Source: Bacteriovoracaceae bacterium
GTDB lineage: Bacteria > Bdellovibrionota > Bacteriovoracia > Bacteriovoracales > Bacteriovoracaceae
Length of the DNA: 64,000 nucleotides
Reading direction: 5' to 3'
Assembly: GCA_048270185.1 (NCBI GenBank)
Contig: JBLWTJ010000001.1
Span: 704,001-768,000, forward strand
Each line of letters opens with the position of its first letter. Position 1 is the stretch's first letter. Of the stretch, positions 19,648-30,096 are shown in pieces. Position numbers and translations under genes: made by a program. Below the pieces are notes generated by a model. The model was not told where the DNA came from. It saw only the letters and a program-made list of their open reading frames with translations, and made no database searches.

Positions 19648-21552
19648 TTAAGTTAACTCGACGAGATCAACTCCACCATCAACAGTCTGCCCTTCACTTA
19701 CAAGAACAGCATCAATACTACCATCACGAGAAGCCTTTACTGTATGTTCCATTTTCATTGCTTCCATCACTACAAGAGCGTCACCAACTTTCACTTTCTG
19801 TCCAGCTTCAACAAGAACCTTAAGAATCTTCCCTGGCATTGGGGAGCTCATTTCATGGGCCTCACCAGCGGCACTTCCAGATCGTTTTGCAACACTTCTC
19901 TTTAAAGCAACTTTCTTGCTATTTACAATATAAGCATTCTTCTGAGTTAAGATATGAAATGGTGTTTCATTAATCCATAGTGAATCTTCTTCAATATCAA
20001 CTGTGAAAGTATATTCTTCAAAACGTACGATCAGTGAGCTGACACCAGAGAATTTGAAATCAGCTTTGATTAGACGATCTGCGAATTCATACTGACGATT
20101 TTCTCTAATTTCACCACTCATACGAAACGAATCCATCAGGATATCGTCTTTTAAAAAGTCATGAGCAAGAGTTGCTGCGATTTCTTCAGCATAAACTTCT
20201 GCAGGAGCTAGATCTTCTTCATAAGTTTTTACAAAGTGAGTATATGTATTACCTTCTAAGAATGCTTCATGCTTTAAGATTCTTACAAGATAGTCATTAT
20301 TTGTTGTAAGACCTTCAAAAGGAAGATGATTAAGTCCTGCAATCATTGTTCCGATTGCTTCATTTCTCTCAGCTCCCCAAGTGATAACTTTTGCTATCAT
20401 CGGGTCAAAGTTTACAGTAATTGAATTTCCATTCTTATAACCTGTATCAAGTCTTACTTGATCAAGGGCATCTCCAATATATTCAAGACGGCCAATTGCT
20501 GGCATGAAATCATTATCAGGATCTTCTGCATAAATTCGGCATTCAATGGCGTGTCCTACTTGCTTAATATCATCTTGTGAAAAATCAAAAGCCTGTCCAC
20601 TTGCTGCAATTAATTGAAGTTCAACAAGATCAAATCCTGTTACCATTTCAGTGACAGGGTGTTCAACTTGCAGACGAGTATTCATCTCAAGAAAATAAAA
20701 ATCTTGTCCATCAAGGATAAGCTCAACCGTACCAGCACCATGGTAGTTAATTGTCTTCGTTATCTTAACTGCGGCATCAGTCATCTTCTTTCTTAGTTCT
20801 TCATCAAGAGCAAGAGATGGACTTTCTTCAACAATCTTTTGATGGCGTCTTTGAATAGAGCACTCTCTTTCAAAGAAATGAAAGTGGTTACCGTGTGTAT
20901 CACTCATCACCTGGATTTCGATGTGACGAGGGCTTGTGATAAATTTTTCAATAAGAACAATATCTGAACCAAAAGAGCTTAGGGCCTCACGCTTGCAGCT
21001 TTCAAGTTCGGCCATGAAGTCTTTTGAATCTTCAACAATTCTCATTCCCTTTCCACCACCTCCAGCAGAGGCCTTGATAAGAACAGGGTAGCCCATCTTA
21101 TCAGCTTCTTCTTTCAGAAGGGCCGGGTCCTGATTTTCTCCGTTGTAACCAGGGATAACAGGTACTCCAATTTCAATCATCTTATCTTTTGAACCTTTCT
21201 TATCTCCCATTAGAATAATATGTTCAGGAGTTGGTCCAATAAAAATTAAACCTGCATCACTTACTTTCTGTGCGAAAGTCGCATTCTCAGATAAGAAGCC
21301 ATAACCCGGGTGAATCGCATCACAACCACTTTCTTTTGCAATTTGAATGATCTTATCCATATTGAGATATGTTTCACTAAGAAGCTTTCCTTCAAGATAG
21401 AAAGATTCATCGGCATATTCTCTTTGAGGTAGATTTCTTTCCTCAAAAGTATAAAGTGTTACCGTTTTAATGCCGAGGTTTCGACAAGTCTTAATTACTC
21501 GAAGAGCGATTTCAGCACGGTTTGCAATAAGGACTTTTTTAATTTCTTTCAT
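19648..21552 (-). CDS. liuD: 3-methylcrotonyl-CoA carboxylase alpha (biotin carboxylase + BCCP)
   Basis: IANRAEIA, HPGYGFLSEN, GGGGKGMR, EMNTRLQVEHPVTE, EAMKM biotin site; operon context. Confidence 0.88.
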   Translation of the reverse strand: MKEIKKVLIANRAEIALRVIKTCRNLGIKTVTLYTFEERNLPQREYADESFYLEGKLLSETYLNMDKIIQIAKESGCDAIHPGYGFLSENATFAQKVSDAGLIFIGPTPEHIILMGDKKGSKDKMIEIGVPVIPGYNGENQDPALLKEEADKMGYPVLIKASAGGGGKGMRIVEDSKDFMAELESCKREALSSFGSDIVLIEKFITSPRHIEIQVMSDTHGNHFHFFERECSIQRRHQKIVEESPSLALDEELRKKMTDAAVKITKTINYHGAGTVELILDGQDFYFLEMNTRLQVEHPVTEMVTGFDLVELQLIAASGQAFDFSQDDIKQVGHAIECRIYAEDPDNDFMPAIGRLEYIGDALDQVRLDTGYKNGNSITVNFDPMIAKVITWGAERNEAIGTMIAGLNHLPFEGLTTNNDYLVRILKHEAFLEGNTYTHFVKTYEEDLAPAEVYAEEIAATLAHDFLKDDILMDSFRMSGEIRENRQYEFADRLIKADFKFSGVSSLIVRFEEYTFTVDIEEDSLWINETPFHILTQKNAYIVNSKKVALKRSVAKRSGSAAGEAHEMSSPMPGKILKVLVEAGQKVKVGDALVVMEAMKMEHTVKASRDGSIDAVLVSEGQTVDGGVDLVELT

Positions 21553-21555
21553 AAA

Positions 21556-22347
21556 TTATTTCCAATTAGGTTTTCTTTTTTCTAATAATGCACTCATTCC
21601 CTCTTGCCCTTCATCAGAAATTCTCTGCTTAGCAATGACTTCACAAGTGTAATTTGTTACCTCTTCAACATTTCCAAGTCTTTCTTTTACGCCAAAGATT
21701 AACTTCTTTGCTTGTCTTTGAGCATTTGGTGCGACTTTAATAAGATCCTTTGCCATGAGAAGAACATCATTATCGTAGTAGCGATCAAGAGATACTTTAT
21801 GAACAAGGCCAATCTCAAGAGCTCTTTGACCATCAAATCTCTCACCAGTTAGGAATAAGTGTCGAGCATTAGACTCTCCAATTTTTGCAATAACAAATGG
21901 AGAAATAACAGCAGGAACGAGTCCTAGGTTAACTTCAGTTAACCCAAATTTTGAACTCTCACTTGCAATAACAAAGTCACAACAAGCAACGAGACCGACA
22001 CCACCACCAAGGGCGGCTCCATTGATTTTACCAATGACTGGCTTTGAGAGATTATTAATGGCATGAAAAAGTCCTGCTAGCTTCTTAGAATCTGCAATAT
22101 TCTCTTCCATCGAATAGTCTTTCATGCGCTTCATCCAATTAAGGTCTGCTCCAGCACAAAATGACTTTCCATTACCAGTAATGATAACAACACGTACACT
22201 GTCGTCATTTTCAAGCGCTAGAAACTCATCTGTTAATGCTGCAATCATTTCATCATTGAATGCATTATGTACTTCTGGACGGTCAAGTGTAATGAAACAA
22301 ATTCCATTCTCATCTCCCGTTCTTACTTCTTTTGTATATCCTGTCAT
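21556..22347 (-). CDS. liuC: 3-methylglutaconyl-CoA hydratase
   Basis: FCAGADLNWM, GGGVGLVA, GLTEVNLGLVPAVISP; lies between the MCC subunits. Confidence 0.85.
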   Translation of the reverse strand: MTGYTKEVRTGDENGICFITLDRPEVHNAFNDEMIAALTDEFLALENDDSVRVVIITGNGKSFCAGADLNWMKRMKDYSMEENIADSKKLAGLFHAINNLSKPVIGKINGAALGGGVGLVACCDFVIASESSKFGLTEVNLGLVPAVISPFVIAKIGESNARHLFLTGERFDGQRALEIGLVHKVSLDRYYDNDVLLMAKDLIKVAPNAQRQAKKLIFGVKERLGNVEEVTNYTCEVIAKQRISDEGQEGMSALLEKRKPNWK

Positions 22348-22368
22348 AAAAATCCTTTTTCTTCCTAA

Positions 22369-23982
22369 TTACATTCTAAAGACACCAAACTTAGTCTCCT
22401 CAATAGGAGCCTGTTTACTTGCCTTGAGAGCGGCCGCAAGAACATCACGCGTCTTATGTGGCTCAATAACACCATCATCCCAGAGTCTTGCCGTTGAGTA
22501 ATAAGCACTGCCTTCTGTTTCATATTTATCAAGAATTGGTTGCTTAAACTTTGCCTCTTCATCGGCCGTCATTGGCTTTTCACCTTTGGCCACTAAGCCG
22601 TCTTGACGAACAGTTGCCAGAACACCTGCTGCTTGTTCTCCACCCATGACGGAGATACGGGCATTAGGCCACATCCAAAGAAAGCGAGGAGAATAAGCAC
22701 GTCCGCACATACCATAGTTACCTGCTCCAAAAGAGCCACCGATAACAACAGTAAATTTTGGAACATTGACTGTAGAAACGGCCGTAACCATTTTAGCGCC
22801 GTGCTTAGCGATTCCTTCTGATTCATATTTAGAACCAACCATGAAACCTGTAATATTTTGTAGGAAAACTAATGGAATATTTCTTTGACCACAAAGCTGA
22901 ATGAAGTGTGATCCTTTAATGGCAGACTCAGAAAAGAGAATACCGTTATTAGCAACAATCCCAACTCTTTCTCCTGCAATCTTTGCAAAACCACAAACAA
23001 GAGTTGGCCCATATTTTTCTTTAAACTCATGAAAGCGTGAACCATCAACAAGGCACGCAATAATCTCACGTACATCAAATGGCTTCTTTGTATCACGAGG
23101 AAGTATACCGTAGATATCTTCAGCATCGTACTTTGGCATTTCAAAGTTAAAGTCTTCTTCATTTTGAACAAAGTTTGTATTTTCAACAATTAAGCGAGTG
23201 ATTGCCAGTGCATCTTCTTCGTCTTCCGCAAAGTGATCGGCTACACCTGAATCACTTGTATGAACTTTGGCTCCACCAAGAGTTTGAGCATCAACCTCTT
23301 CACCAGTTGCGGCCTTAACAAGAGGAGGTCCTCCTAAGAAGATTGTTCCATTATCTTTAACGATAATTGATTCATCGGCCATGGCCGGAACATAAGCTCC
23401 ACCAGCAGTACATGAACCAAGAACAACTGCAATTTGAGGAATCCCCTGCGCTGACATTTGGGCCTGATTAAAGAAGATTCTTCCAAAGTGTTCTTTGTCT
23501 GGAAAAACTTCATCTTGCATTGGTAAGAAAGCTCCCCCTGAGTCAACAAGATAAATACAAGGCAAGCGGTTTTCGCGTGCGACTTCTTGTGCTCTTAAGT
23601 GTTTCTTAACCGTCATTGGAAAGTAAGTACCACCCTTAACTGTTGCATCATTGGCAACGAACATACACCAAATACCGTGTACTTTACCAATTCCTGTTAC
23701 GATACCTGCACTTGGAATATCCATTCCATACATACCGTTAGCGGCCAGTGATGATAATTCAATAAATGGAGATCCTGCATCGAGGATCTTATCAATTCTT
23801 TCACGAGGAAGAAGCTTTCCACGAGAATGATGACGAGCAACAGACTTTTCACCACCACCGGCGTGGGCCTGTTTTACTCTATTTCTTAATTCTTCTACAT
23901 TTGAAAAATGAAAATTAAAATTTTCTCGAAAGTCGTCACTTGAGCGCTCAACTTTCGAAACAATTGAGATTGTTTCCTGCAT
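22369..23982 (-). CDS. liuB: 3-methylcrotonyl-CoA carboxylase beta (carboxyltransferase)
   Basis: [44 protein letters not shown]-terminus. Confidence 0.92.
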   Translation of the reverse strand: MQETISIVSKVERSSDDFRENFNFHFSNVEELRNRVKQAHAGGGEKSVARHHSRGKLLPRERIDKILDAGSPFIELSSLAANGMYGMDIPSAGIVTGIGKVHGIWCMFVANDATVKGGTYFPMTVKKHLRAQEVARENRLPCIYLVDSGGAFLPMQDEVFPDKEHFGRIFFNQAQMSAQGIPQIAVVLGSCTAGGAYVPAMADESIIVKDNGTIFLGGPPLVKAATGEEVDAQTLGGAKVHTSDSGVADHFAEDEEDALAITRLIVENTNFVQNEEDFNFEMPKYDAEDIYGILPRDTKKPFDVREIIACLVDGSRFHEFKEKYGPTLVCGFAKIAGERVGIVANNGILFSESAIKGSHFIQLCGQRNIPLVFLQNITGFMVGSKYESEGIAKHGAKMVTAVSTVNVPKFTVVIGGSFGAGNYGMCGRAYSPRFLWMWPNARISVMGGEQAAGVLATVRQDGLVAKGEKPMTADEEAKFKQPILDKYETEGSAYYSTARLWDDGVIEPHKTRDVLAAALKASKQAPIEETKFGVFRM

Positions 23983-24085
23983 AGATATTTGCCTCTAACT
24001 TTGTCTAATAATTGAGGAATTTTATCTATTTAGGTCACATTTTGACAAGGCAGGGCACGTTATATAACGCGCCACTCAGTACTCA

Positions 24086-26692
24086 TTATTCTGTTATTTC
24101 TGCAGCGTTTAGAAAGTCGTTGTAGATACTACCTTCAGAACTTACATCTATAGTCTCAGAAGCGATACTGCGCTGTGCGCCAACTTCTACTTTTGCCAAA
24201 AGCTCGCTTGGAACTTGTGGTCCTTCTAACTCTGGATTTATGGCAACTTTCATTAAATCTTCTTCAGATGCTGATAGGATTACATTACCTTCTTCATCTA
24301 AACCAATAAAATAAGTATTTCCATCAGCGAGAGTTACAAGAGAATTCCCTTGAGAGATTGCACGATTAACAAGTTTCTGGTCTTGGTTATCGATACTCTC
24401 GACAGAGAATGTCGTTTTGTTTGCACTTGCTAAAGCTAAACCAGAAGCTTGCGATGAAGTCAGTGCAAGGGAAGAAGCAGCAGTGGCAATAGAACTTGCA
24501 CCAGAGCTTATAGCTCTTACTCCTGACGAAGCTCCTCCACTTGATGCGATTGACTGTGAAGATGAATTAGAAGGAGATGAGAGATGGCCATTTCTTGCGC
24601 CATTACTTACAAAAGTACTTTGTTCATTAGAAATGACTGCTTTACTCGTTTTTGGCTTAGCTAGTCCTTGAGGCTTCTTTGGATTACTACTATCAGCAAC
24701 CATAGCATTTAACTCTTTAATTTGAGCTCTAAGCGCTGTTAATTCATCATTTAAACCATTGTCCATTTCCGAGGAGTCAGAGCTAACAGACTTACTCGCA
24801 AGGCTTTCTTCCTCTTTAATTTTTTCAACTTTAACCTGAGCAACTGGAGTTTGAGCTACTACATTTTGGTCACTTGTTACTTGCATATAGTCAGTATCAA
24901 TTTGTTGCTGACTCATATTTTGGTTATTAAATTCATTAAACTTTTGATGGTTTTGTTCACTCATTTCTCCAATTAAACTTTCAGTGTATTGCTTTTCATG
25001 AACACTTATTTTAGTTTCGGCCGTAACCTCTGGAACTGCTGCGACATCAAGAGAGTGTTGTTTAGTAGCTTCATTTGCAGCAATTGAAGTCGAAAGATAA
25101 TCTTGGTGTTTCCTCTTAGCATCTTTAAACGTTTTCATTGAGTCATGATCAAAATTAAATACACCACCACTACCAATAGCAACAGCTTTAGAAACTTCAC
25201 CTCGGTCAATAGCATCACAGTAATACTTTGCTGTCTGAATACTCTGGCCTCCAAAGTTTTTATTAGCATCAGTAAACTCAACAGCACTTACACTCTTTAA
25301 GACCTCGGCCATATCTTCATTACAAACTCTTTCAAGTTCACTTATCTGTTGCTCACACTCACTGACAAGGCCATCACGTGCTTCCATATGGTAGTTTTGA
25401 TGAACGGCAAAAAGTTCATCACGACCTCTAGATCCACTGTGCCCTAACCTTTTCATAAGCTTTCTAATACCCTTATCGTTTCCAAGGGTACGATCAAGTG
25501 TTGCTAAGAATTTTGACTGATAAATAAAAGCAAATTGAGAAATCATACGATCTTCTTGAGACCTTGAGATACTATCTTCAGAAAGATCGATACTTCCCCT
25601 TTTACCTTCTGAGGCATAGTAAAGACTCTGACCCATTGTCTTTAAGGTATCAATTTCATTACTTCTAAAAGCATAATACTCTTGCATAAGGCCGATATCA
25701 TGAGCGATATACTTTCGAACATCTTTAATGAATGAATCAGGAATATTATTAAGATCTTTTACTCGCTGATACTTTGGTAAATCAACGAGAAATGTTTTAC
25801 CAAAATCAACTTGCATATAGTCAGTTTCAACACCTAGCTTGAAGCCATTTTCTTCTTTGAACTTAGCAGTGAAATTTTCAAATTCACGACTTTTATACTT
25901 GAATGACATATCAAGATAGTCTTTGGCAGTTTTCTCATCATCTTTTGTAAGAACAGGTCTAAAAGCATAACCAGTCTTCTTTTGAAGAGCTAGGACAATA
26001 CCTGGATCAAAGCAATTCTTAATCTTTTGACTAATCTTTTCAGCGTCACGACTCGTACAGGTGAATTTTTTTGATAAATCTTCTTCAGGCTCAAAAAACC
26101 TTCGATATTCTAAACGACTTTGATTAGAGCCAATAAAATCAAGTAAACTATAAATTCTATTAGCAATAATTGCAGAATAAAAACTACGATTGTATGTACT
26201 CATTTTTTCTTTATCATTTTCAAGAGCAATACCTTGCTCTTTTGAAGTCTGATCTACACATTCACAATACTTATCAACATTTGTTTCTTTCTGATAAAGT
26301 TCTTCGACAAGACTTACACTAAAAAGTCTTTTTTCACATGCATAAGCTTCATCTCCAACCTTAGGTGCAATAGAAAAAACCTCAGCGGCAGTGTCTCCAA
26401 TGATCTTTCCGACAGACTTACCACAGTCCCCACCCAATGGAGCTAGAGCAACCCCCATGATTTCAGCTGATTTAGATAACATTAACTCTGAAATCTGCTG
26501 TGTTCTTAGGGCCACAAAGTTTTGCTCATTTTGAGTAGCATTTTGTAGAACAAAGTCATCAGAGAGAAGTTCCTCAACTGATCTTTCTTTAATAGGTCCA
26601 TCTTTAATTGGACCTCCACTTGCCAAAGCTGTTCCCTGAAACATTGATGTTAGAGTAAATGTAATAATGAAAGTGTAATTTAATGTTCTCAT
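24086..26692 (-). CDS. Secreted Cys-rich hypothetical protein (RSIAS family), paralogue of the next gene
   Basis: Signal peptide ending ALA; YCECV; coiled coil; S-rich linker; conserved C-terminal domain. Confidence 0.78.
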   Translation of the reverse strand: MRTLNYTFIITFTLTSMFQGTALASGGPIKDGPIKERSVEELLSDDFVLQNATQNEQNFVALRTQQISELMLSKSAEIMGVALAPLGGDCGKSVGKIIGDTAAEVFSIAPKVGDEAYACEKRLFSVSLVEELYQKETNVDKYCECVDQTSKEQGIALENDKEKMSTYNRSFYSAIIANRIYSLLDFIGSNQSRLEYRRFFEPEEDLSKKFTCTSRDAEKISQKIKNCFDPGIVLALQKKTGYAFRPVLTKDDEKTAKDYLDMSFKYKSREFENFTAKFKEENGFKLGVETDYMQVDFGKTFLVDLPKYQRVKDLNNIPDSFIKDVRKYIAHDIGLMQEYYAFRSNEIDTLKTMGQSLYYASEGKRGSIDLSEDSISRSQEDRMISQFAFIYQSKFLATLDRTLGNDKGIRKLMKRLGHSGSRGRDELFAVHQNYHMEARDGLVSECEQQISELERVCNEDMAEVLKSVSAVEFTDANKNFGGQSIQTAKYYCDAIDRGEVSKAVAIGSGGVFNFDHDSMKTFKDAKRKHQDYLSTSIAANEATKQHSLDVAAVPEVTAETKISVHEKQYTESLIGEMSEQNHQKFNEFNNQNMSQQQIDTDYMQVTSDQNVVAQTPVAQVKVEKIKEEESLASKSVSSDSSEMDNGLNDELTALRAQIKELNAMVADSSNPKKPQGLAKPKTSKAVISNEQSTFVSNGARNGHLSSPSNSSSQSIASSGGASSGVRAISSGASSIATAASSLALTSSQASGLALASANKTTFSVESIDNQDQKLVNRAISQGNSLVTLADGNTYFIGLDEEGNVILSASEEDLMKVAINPELEGPQVPSELLAKVEVGAQRSIASETIDVSSEGSIYNDFLNAAEITE

Positions 26693-26720
26693 TCTTGTCC
26701 TAAATAATCGGTCATTTTAT

Positions 26721-26748
26721 CCATCGGATTGTTCATGCTATTTCTATA
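26721..26748 (-). promoter_or_regulatory. Sigma28-type promoter (weaker match)
   Basis: Minus strand (T)ATAG-N15-TCCGATGG; a second ACCGATTA near 26705-26712. Confidence 0.5.
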
Positions 26749-26966
26749 GTGACCAAAAACTATTGATACTCGAGCTTTTCGTCGTTTCCCTCCTATCTAT
26801 TGTCTGTTTAAAATGATTTTTTTGCTTTAGATAAAGTATTGATTTTTGTCTTATTAATCGAAGTTACTGAACTTAGGTAAACACTTGTTTAAATTACAAC
26901 ATACACTATTTAATAAGTTCTTTTTATTTGCGCCAATTTTTATACTCAGCTCAATATTTAAGACAT

Positions 26967-26996
26967 AAAAAAAAGACCAACAAAGTTGGCCTTTTT
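26967..26996 (-). terminator. Intrinsic terminator after the gene ending at 27024
   Basis: Minus strand AAGGCCAAC-TTT-GTTGGTCTT followed by a T run. Confidence 0.75.
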
Positions 26997-27023
26997 ATCT
27001 TATTAAAATTTATTTTATTTCTA

Positions 27024-29858
27024 CTATTCTGCAATCTCAGCAGCGTTTAAGAACTTAGAGTAAATACTCTCTTCAGCAGTGCCTTCTTCTTTCTCTGAAG
27101 CAATTGAGCGCTTAGCTTCTTCTGACTTTTCTTCCTTCTTAACTGGTAATTGTGGTCCCTCTTCTTCTGGCCCTAAAACCCCAGCTAGAACCTCTTCGGC
27201 AGTTTCAGATAGAATGACATTACCATCCTCATCTTGACCGATATAGTATACACGCCCATCTGCTAAGACAACACTATTGCTACCTTCTGAAATGGCCTGT
27301 GCAACAAGCTTCTGATCGCTTTTAGCTATATTATCGCTAATTACACCTGCGCTATAACTACGAGCTCCTGAAGCGCCACTTCCACTTGTTAGGCCAAGTC
27401 CACCTGTAGCACCAAGCTTGTTTATTCCTGCAACACCTGCACCAGCAGAGCTAAATGAAGATCCAGCGGCTGCAGCGGCTCCACCTATTCCTCCAGCAGA
27501 GTTTGAAGCAGTAAAAGTTCGTGCATTATTAGCTTGTCCAGTGTTTCGATTACCACTTCCAGCAAAGCTATTAAAAGAACTTGATGACCTTTTAGTTGGC
27601 GCTTGTACAGCAACGTCAACAGGTGCTTCACTTTCTTCTCTATCTGTATCAGCCTTTTTAGCAATTGAAGTGTTAAGTTGATTAATCTGAGCTTTAAGGG
27701 CCGCGAGTTGTGCCTTTAACTCTTCATTTTGCTTTAATTGTTCAGTCGAGACAGCATTACTTTTTTCATTTTCTTTAATTTCAGCTTCAACTGATTTAAC
27801 TTCGGCTTCAATATCAGACTTTGCTTGAATCATTTTTTCGGTACTCACATTCGGATCAGTCACCATTGATTGAAGACTTTGAGAATCCATTACATTTGAA
27901 TCAGGAAAGTCATTAGCTTGTTGTTGATTATTCATATTATCAAACAAGTTAGCTGCTTCATCAAAATTATAATCGTTTCCTGCTTCAGATGCACCAACAG
28001 CGGCTTGAATTGCTGCATCATCCATTCCACCAAGAGGTGCTCCTGGATTATCTAAATCAACAAGACCGCTATTAGAATGATCATTATTATCGTCTAATTT
28101 TGCAGTTCCCCCTATTGATCCACTTGGAGGAAATATTGCTGAAGAAGAAATAATACTGATATCATTATCAGAAAGATCACCTGCAGTAGCTGCTTTAGAG
28201 TCGATTGCACCATTTTTCCATGCATGACAATAAAGAGCAGAATCTTTTACAGCAACAGTATTATTCTCAGAGAAATAACCTAGTGAATTAACAAAAGTTG
28301 AAAGACTTAGATTATTCTTATAGTACTCATTTGAGTTCTCTGCATCACAAATCTTTTCTAAACGATCAATAGTGTTGTTACAAATTGCTTCATTTTCTCT
28401 ATCAACGATCTCTCTGAAACTATGATTTGCAAGAAAACTTAAGTTACGAAGTGCTCTCTCATCACCATTAACAGCGCCTTGTGAAAGCTTAATAAACTTT
28501 TCAAAAATACCTTTTTTCTTAAAATGATTCGTAAGTTTTCGAAACATCATAAGTCCAAATTGTTCATTCAAATAATTCTCACCTTCTTTTTCAAGCATCT
28601 GCATAGATGAATAATTCTGTTCTGAAGTCCAGTCACTTGTTGACTTTATAACCTTAGCTCTTTCATCATCCATAAATGCGTAATAGTCGTGACTTAAAAC
28701 AGGAGATGTGGATGCATATTCTCTAATTGCTTCTGTATCCAAAGAGAAATCTTTATTCTTTTCAAAATCAAATTGCGCTTTAAAAACATCAACTAAGAAG
28801 ATCTTTGCAAATTTTTGTTGATGTTCTTGCCAGTTTATCGAGGATGCAGTGCTTTCGGCCCACTTCTCACGATCGCCACGAATCTTAGAGAAATATTGCC
28901 CCAGACGATCCTTGGCAAGCTTCTTACGTCTTGCTTTATCAGATGTAAGAAAGGAAAGGTACTTACCTTTTTCATAATCGTCTTCATTAACATCGAAGTT
29001 TTTTTGTATATCAACAAGCTTCAAGGCTTCTGAGTCAAAGCAACCATTAATTCGTTCACTCATTTCATCAATTTTCTTATCTGAACAATTAAAACCAATA
29101 CTTTGACTTCCATTTAAACCATGACGATATCTCTTATCCATCGTTTCAAGATCTTCAAAAAATTTAGCTAAACTATTTGCAAGAATTTGTGGACGAGCGA
29201 TCTTATCAATTTGACGATATATTTCATCAACATCACTTGGTAGCACTAAATCTTTTGGTTTAAAGCGATCAACACAGCCACAGAAGTCAATGATTTTACT
29301 TTCTTCCGTATAGAATCTTCCAGTAGTTTTGAGTTTATTTGTACAATTAAAAATAGCATCGACTACATCATTATTATTTGAGGCAAATTGATTTAACTGC
29401 AAAGTATCTGGTGAAGAACCATATTGGAGCCCAGGACAGATTAATGGTGTATCTACATTAACAAAGTTACTAAACCTCATATTAAACATGACCGTCGAGT
29501 TTTCATCATATTGGTCTTGTAATGTTTCAACAGCTCTTAGATAGAGTCCATTACTTGAAGGTTCATTATAGGTAGGACTTGGACTATACTGTGCGCCACT
29601 CCATTTGCGATTTAAACCTGTTGTGCCAGAACCAATGAGATTTTTAAAGTTACTTGAATACTGATTCGCCCTCTCACTAGAATGCGCCTGAACTTGCTTA
29701 TGCTGATACATATCTTCAATCGTATCACCTGTAGAAATAGCCGCCCAAGCTATATCACCAGCATCCTGTGTAACTAAATCGGCCTGTGCATGAGCACTAA
29801 GAGACAGACTAAAGATAGTCGACAGCGTTAGTAGAATTGAAGTTTTTGATAGTCTCAT
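27024..29858 (-). CDS. Secreted Cys-rich hypothetical protein (RSIAS family)
   Basis: Probable start MRLSKTS at 29858 (GAGGAAG RBS, signal peptide ending AHA); FCGCV; coiled coil; G/A/S linker; C-terminal domain similar to that of 24086-26692. Confidence 0.78.
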   Translation of the reverse strand: MRLSKTSILLTLSTIFSLSLSAHAQADLVTQDAGDIAWAAISTGDTIEDMYQHKQVQAHSSERANQYSSNFKNLIGSGTTGLNRKWSGAQYSPSPTYNEPSSNGLYLRAVETLQDQYDENSTVMFNMRFSNFVNVDTPLICPGLQYGSSPDTLQLNQFASNNNDVVDAIFNCTNKLKTTGRFYTEESKIIDFCGCVDRFKPKDLVLPSDVDEIYRQIDKIARPQILANSLAKFFEDLETMDKRYRHGLNGSQSIGFNCSDKKIDEMSERINGCFDSEALKLVDIQKNFDVNEDDYEKGKYLSFLTSDKARRKKLAKDRLGQYFSKIRGDREKWAESTASSINWQEHQQKFAKIFLVDVFKAQFDFEKNKDFSLDTEAIREYASTSPVLSHDYYAFMDDERAKVIKSTSDWTSEQNYSSMQMLEKEGENYLNEQFGLMMFRKLTNHFKKKGIFEKFIKLSQGAVNGDERALRNLSFLANHSFREIVDRENEAICNNTIDRLEKICDAENSNEYYKNNLSLSTFVNSLGYFSENNTVAVKDSALYCHAWKNGAIDSKAATAGDLSDNDISIISSSAIFPPSGSIGGTAKLDDNNDHSNSGLVDLDNPGAPLGGMDDAAIQAAVGASEAGNDYNFDEAANLFDNMNNQQQANDFPDSNVMDSQSLQSMVTDPNVSTEKMIQAKSDIEAEVKSVEAEIKENEKSNAVSTEQLKQNEELKAQLAALKAQINQLNTSIAKKADTDREESEAPVDVAVQAPTKRSSSSFNSFAGSGNRNTGQANNARTFTASNSAGGIGGAAAAAGSSFSSAGAGVAGINKLGATGGLGLTSGSGASGARSYSAGVISDNIAKSDQKLVAQAISEGSNSVVLADGRVYYIGQDEDGNVILSETAEEVLAGVLGPEEEGPQLPVKKEEKSEEAKRSIASEKEEGTAEESIYSKFLNAAEIAE

Positions 29859-29889
29859 TTCTTCCTCACAAAATAGTAGTCTTCTTAAT

Positions 29890-29916
29890 TTATCGGTTAA
29901 AATCTTAGTTTTCTTA
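29890..29916 (-). promoter_or_regulatory. Sigma28-type promoter
   Basis: Minus strand TAAG-N15-ACCGATAA. Confidence 0.68.
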
Positions 29917-30096
29917 AACTCTCTATATGAACTATTTTCACTTGAAATAGGAAAAAAACGAATAATATTACTCAGATAATACAAAGATAATTTTTGACGT
30001 TACGATAAAGCTTTGAAAAGACAGTGATTGAAGTAGGTGACAATTTGCTGGTCACTATTATTTAGACAAATAAAAGCGCCAATTAATTATTGCAAA

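Noticed and set aside
24086..29858. Prophage or horizontally acquired island
   Set aside because: No integrase, transposase, att-like repeats or phage genes seen; host-type promoters and a distant paralogue at 7281-9482 suggest a native family.
29859..29984. N-terminal extensions given by the ORF track (also at 4923, 17617, 35506, 37006, 50083, 55849, 58733)
   Set aside because: Downstream starts have an RBS, a signal peptide or a properly spaced promoter; the 29859-29984 extension overlaps the sigma28 promoter.
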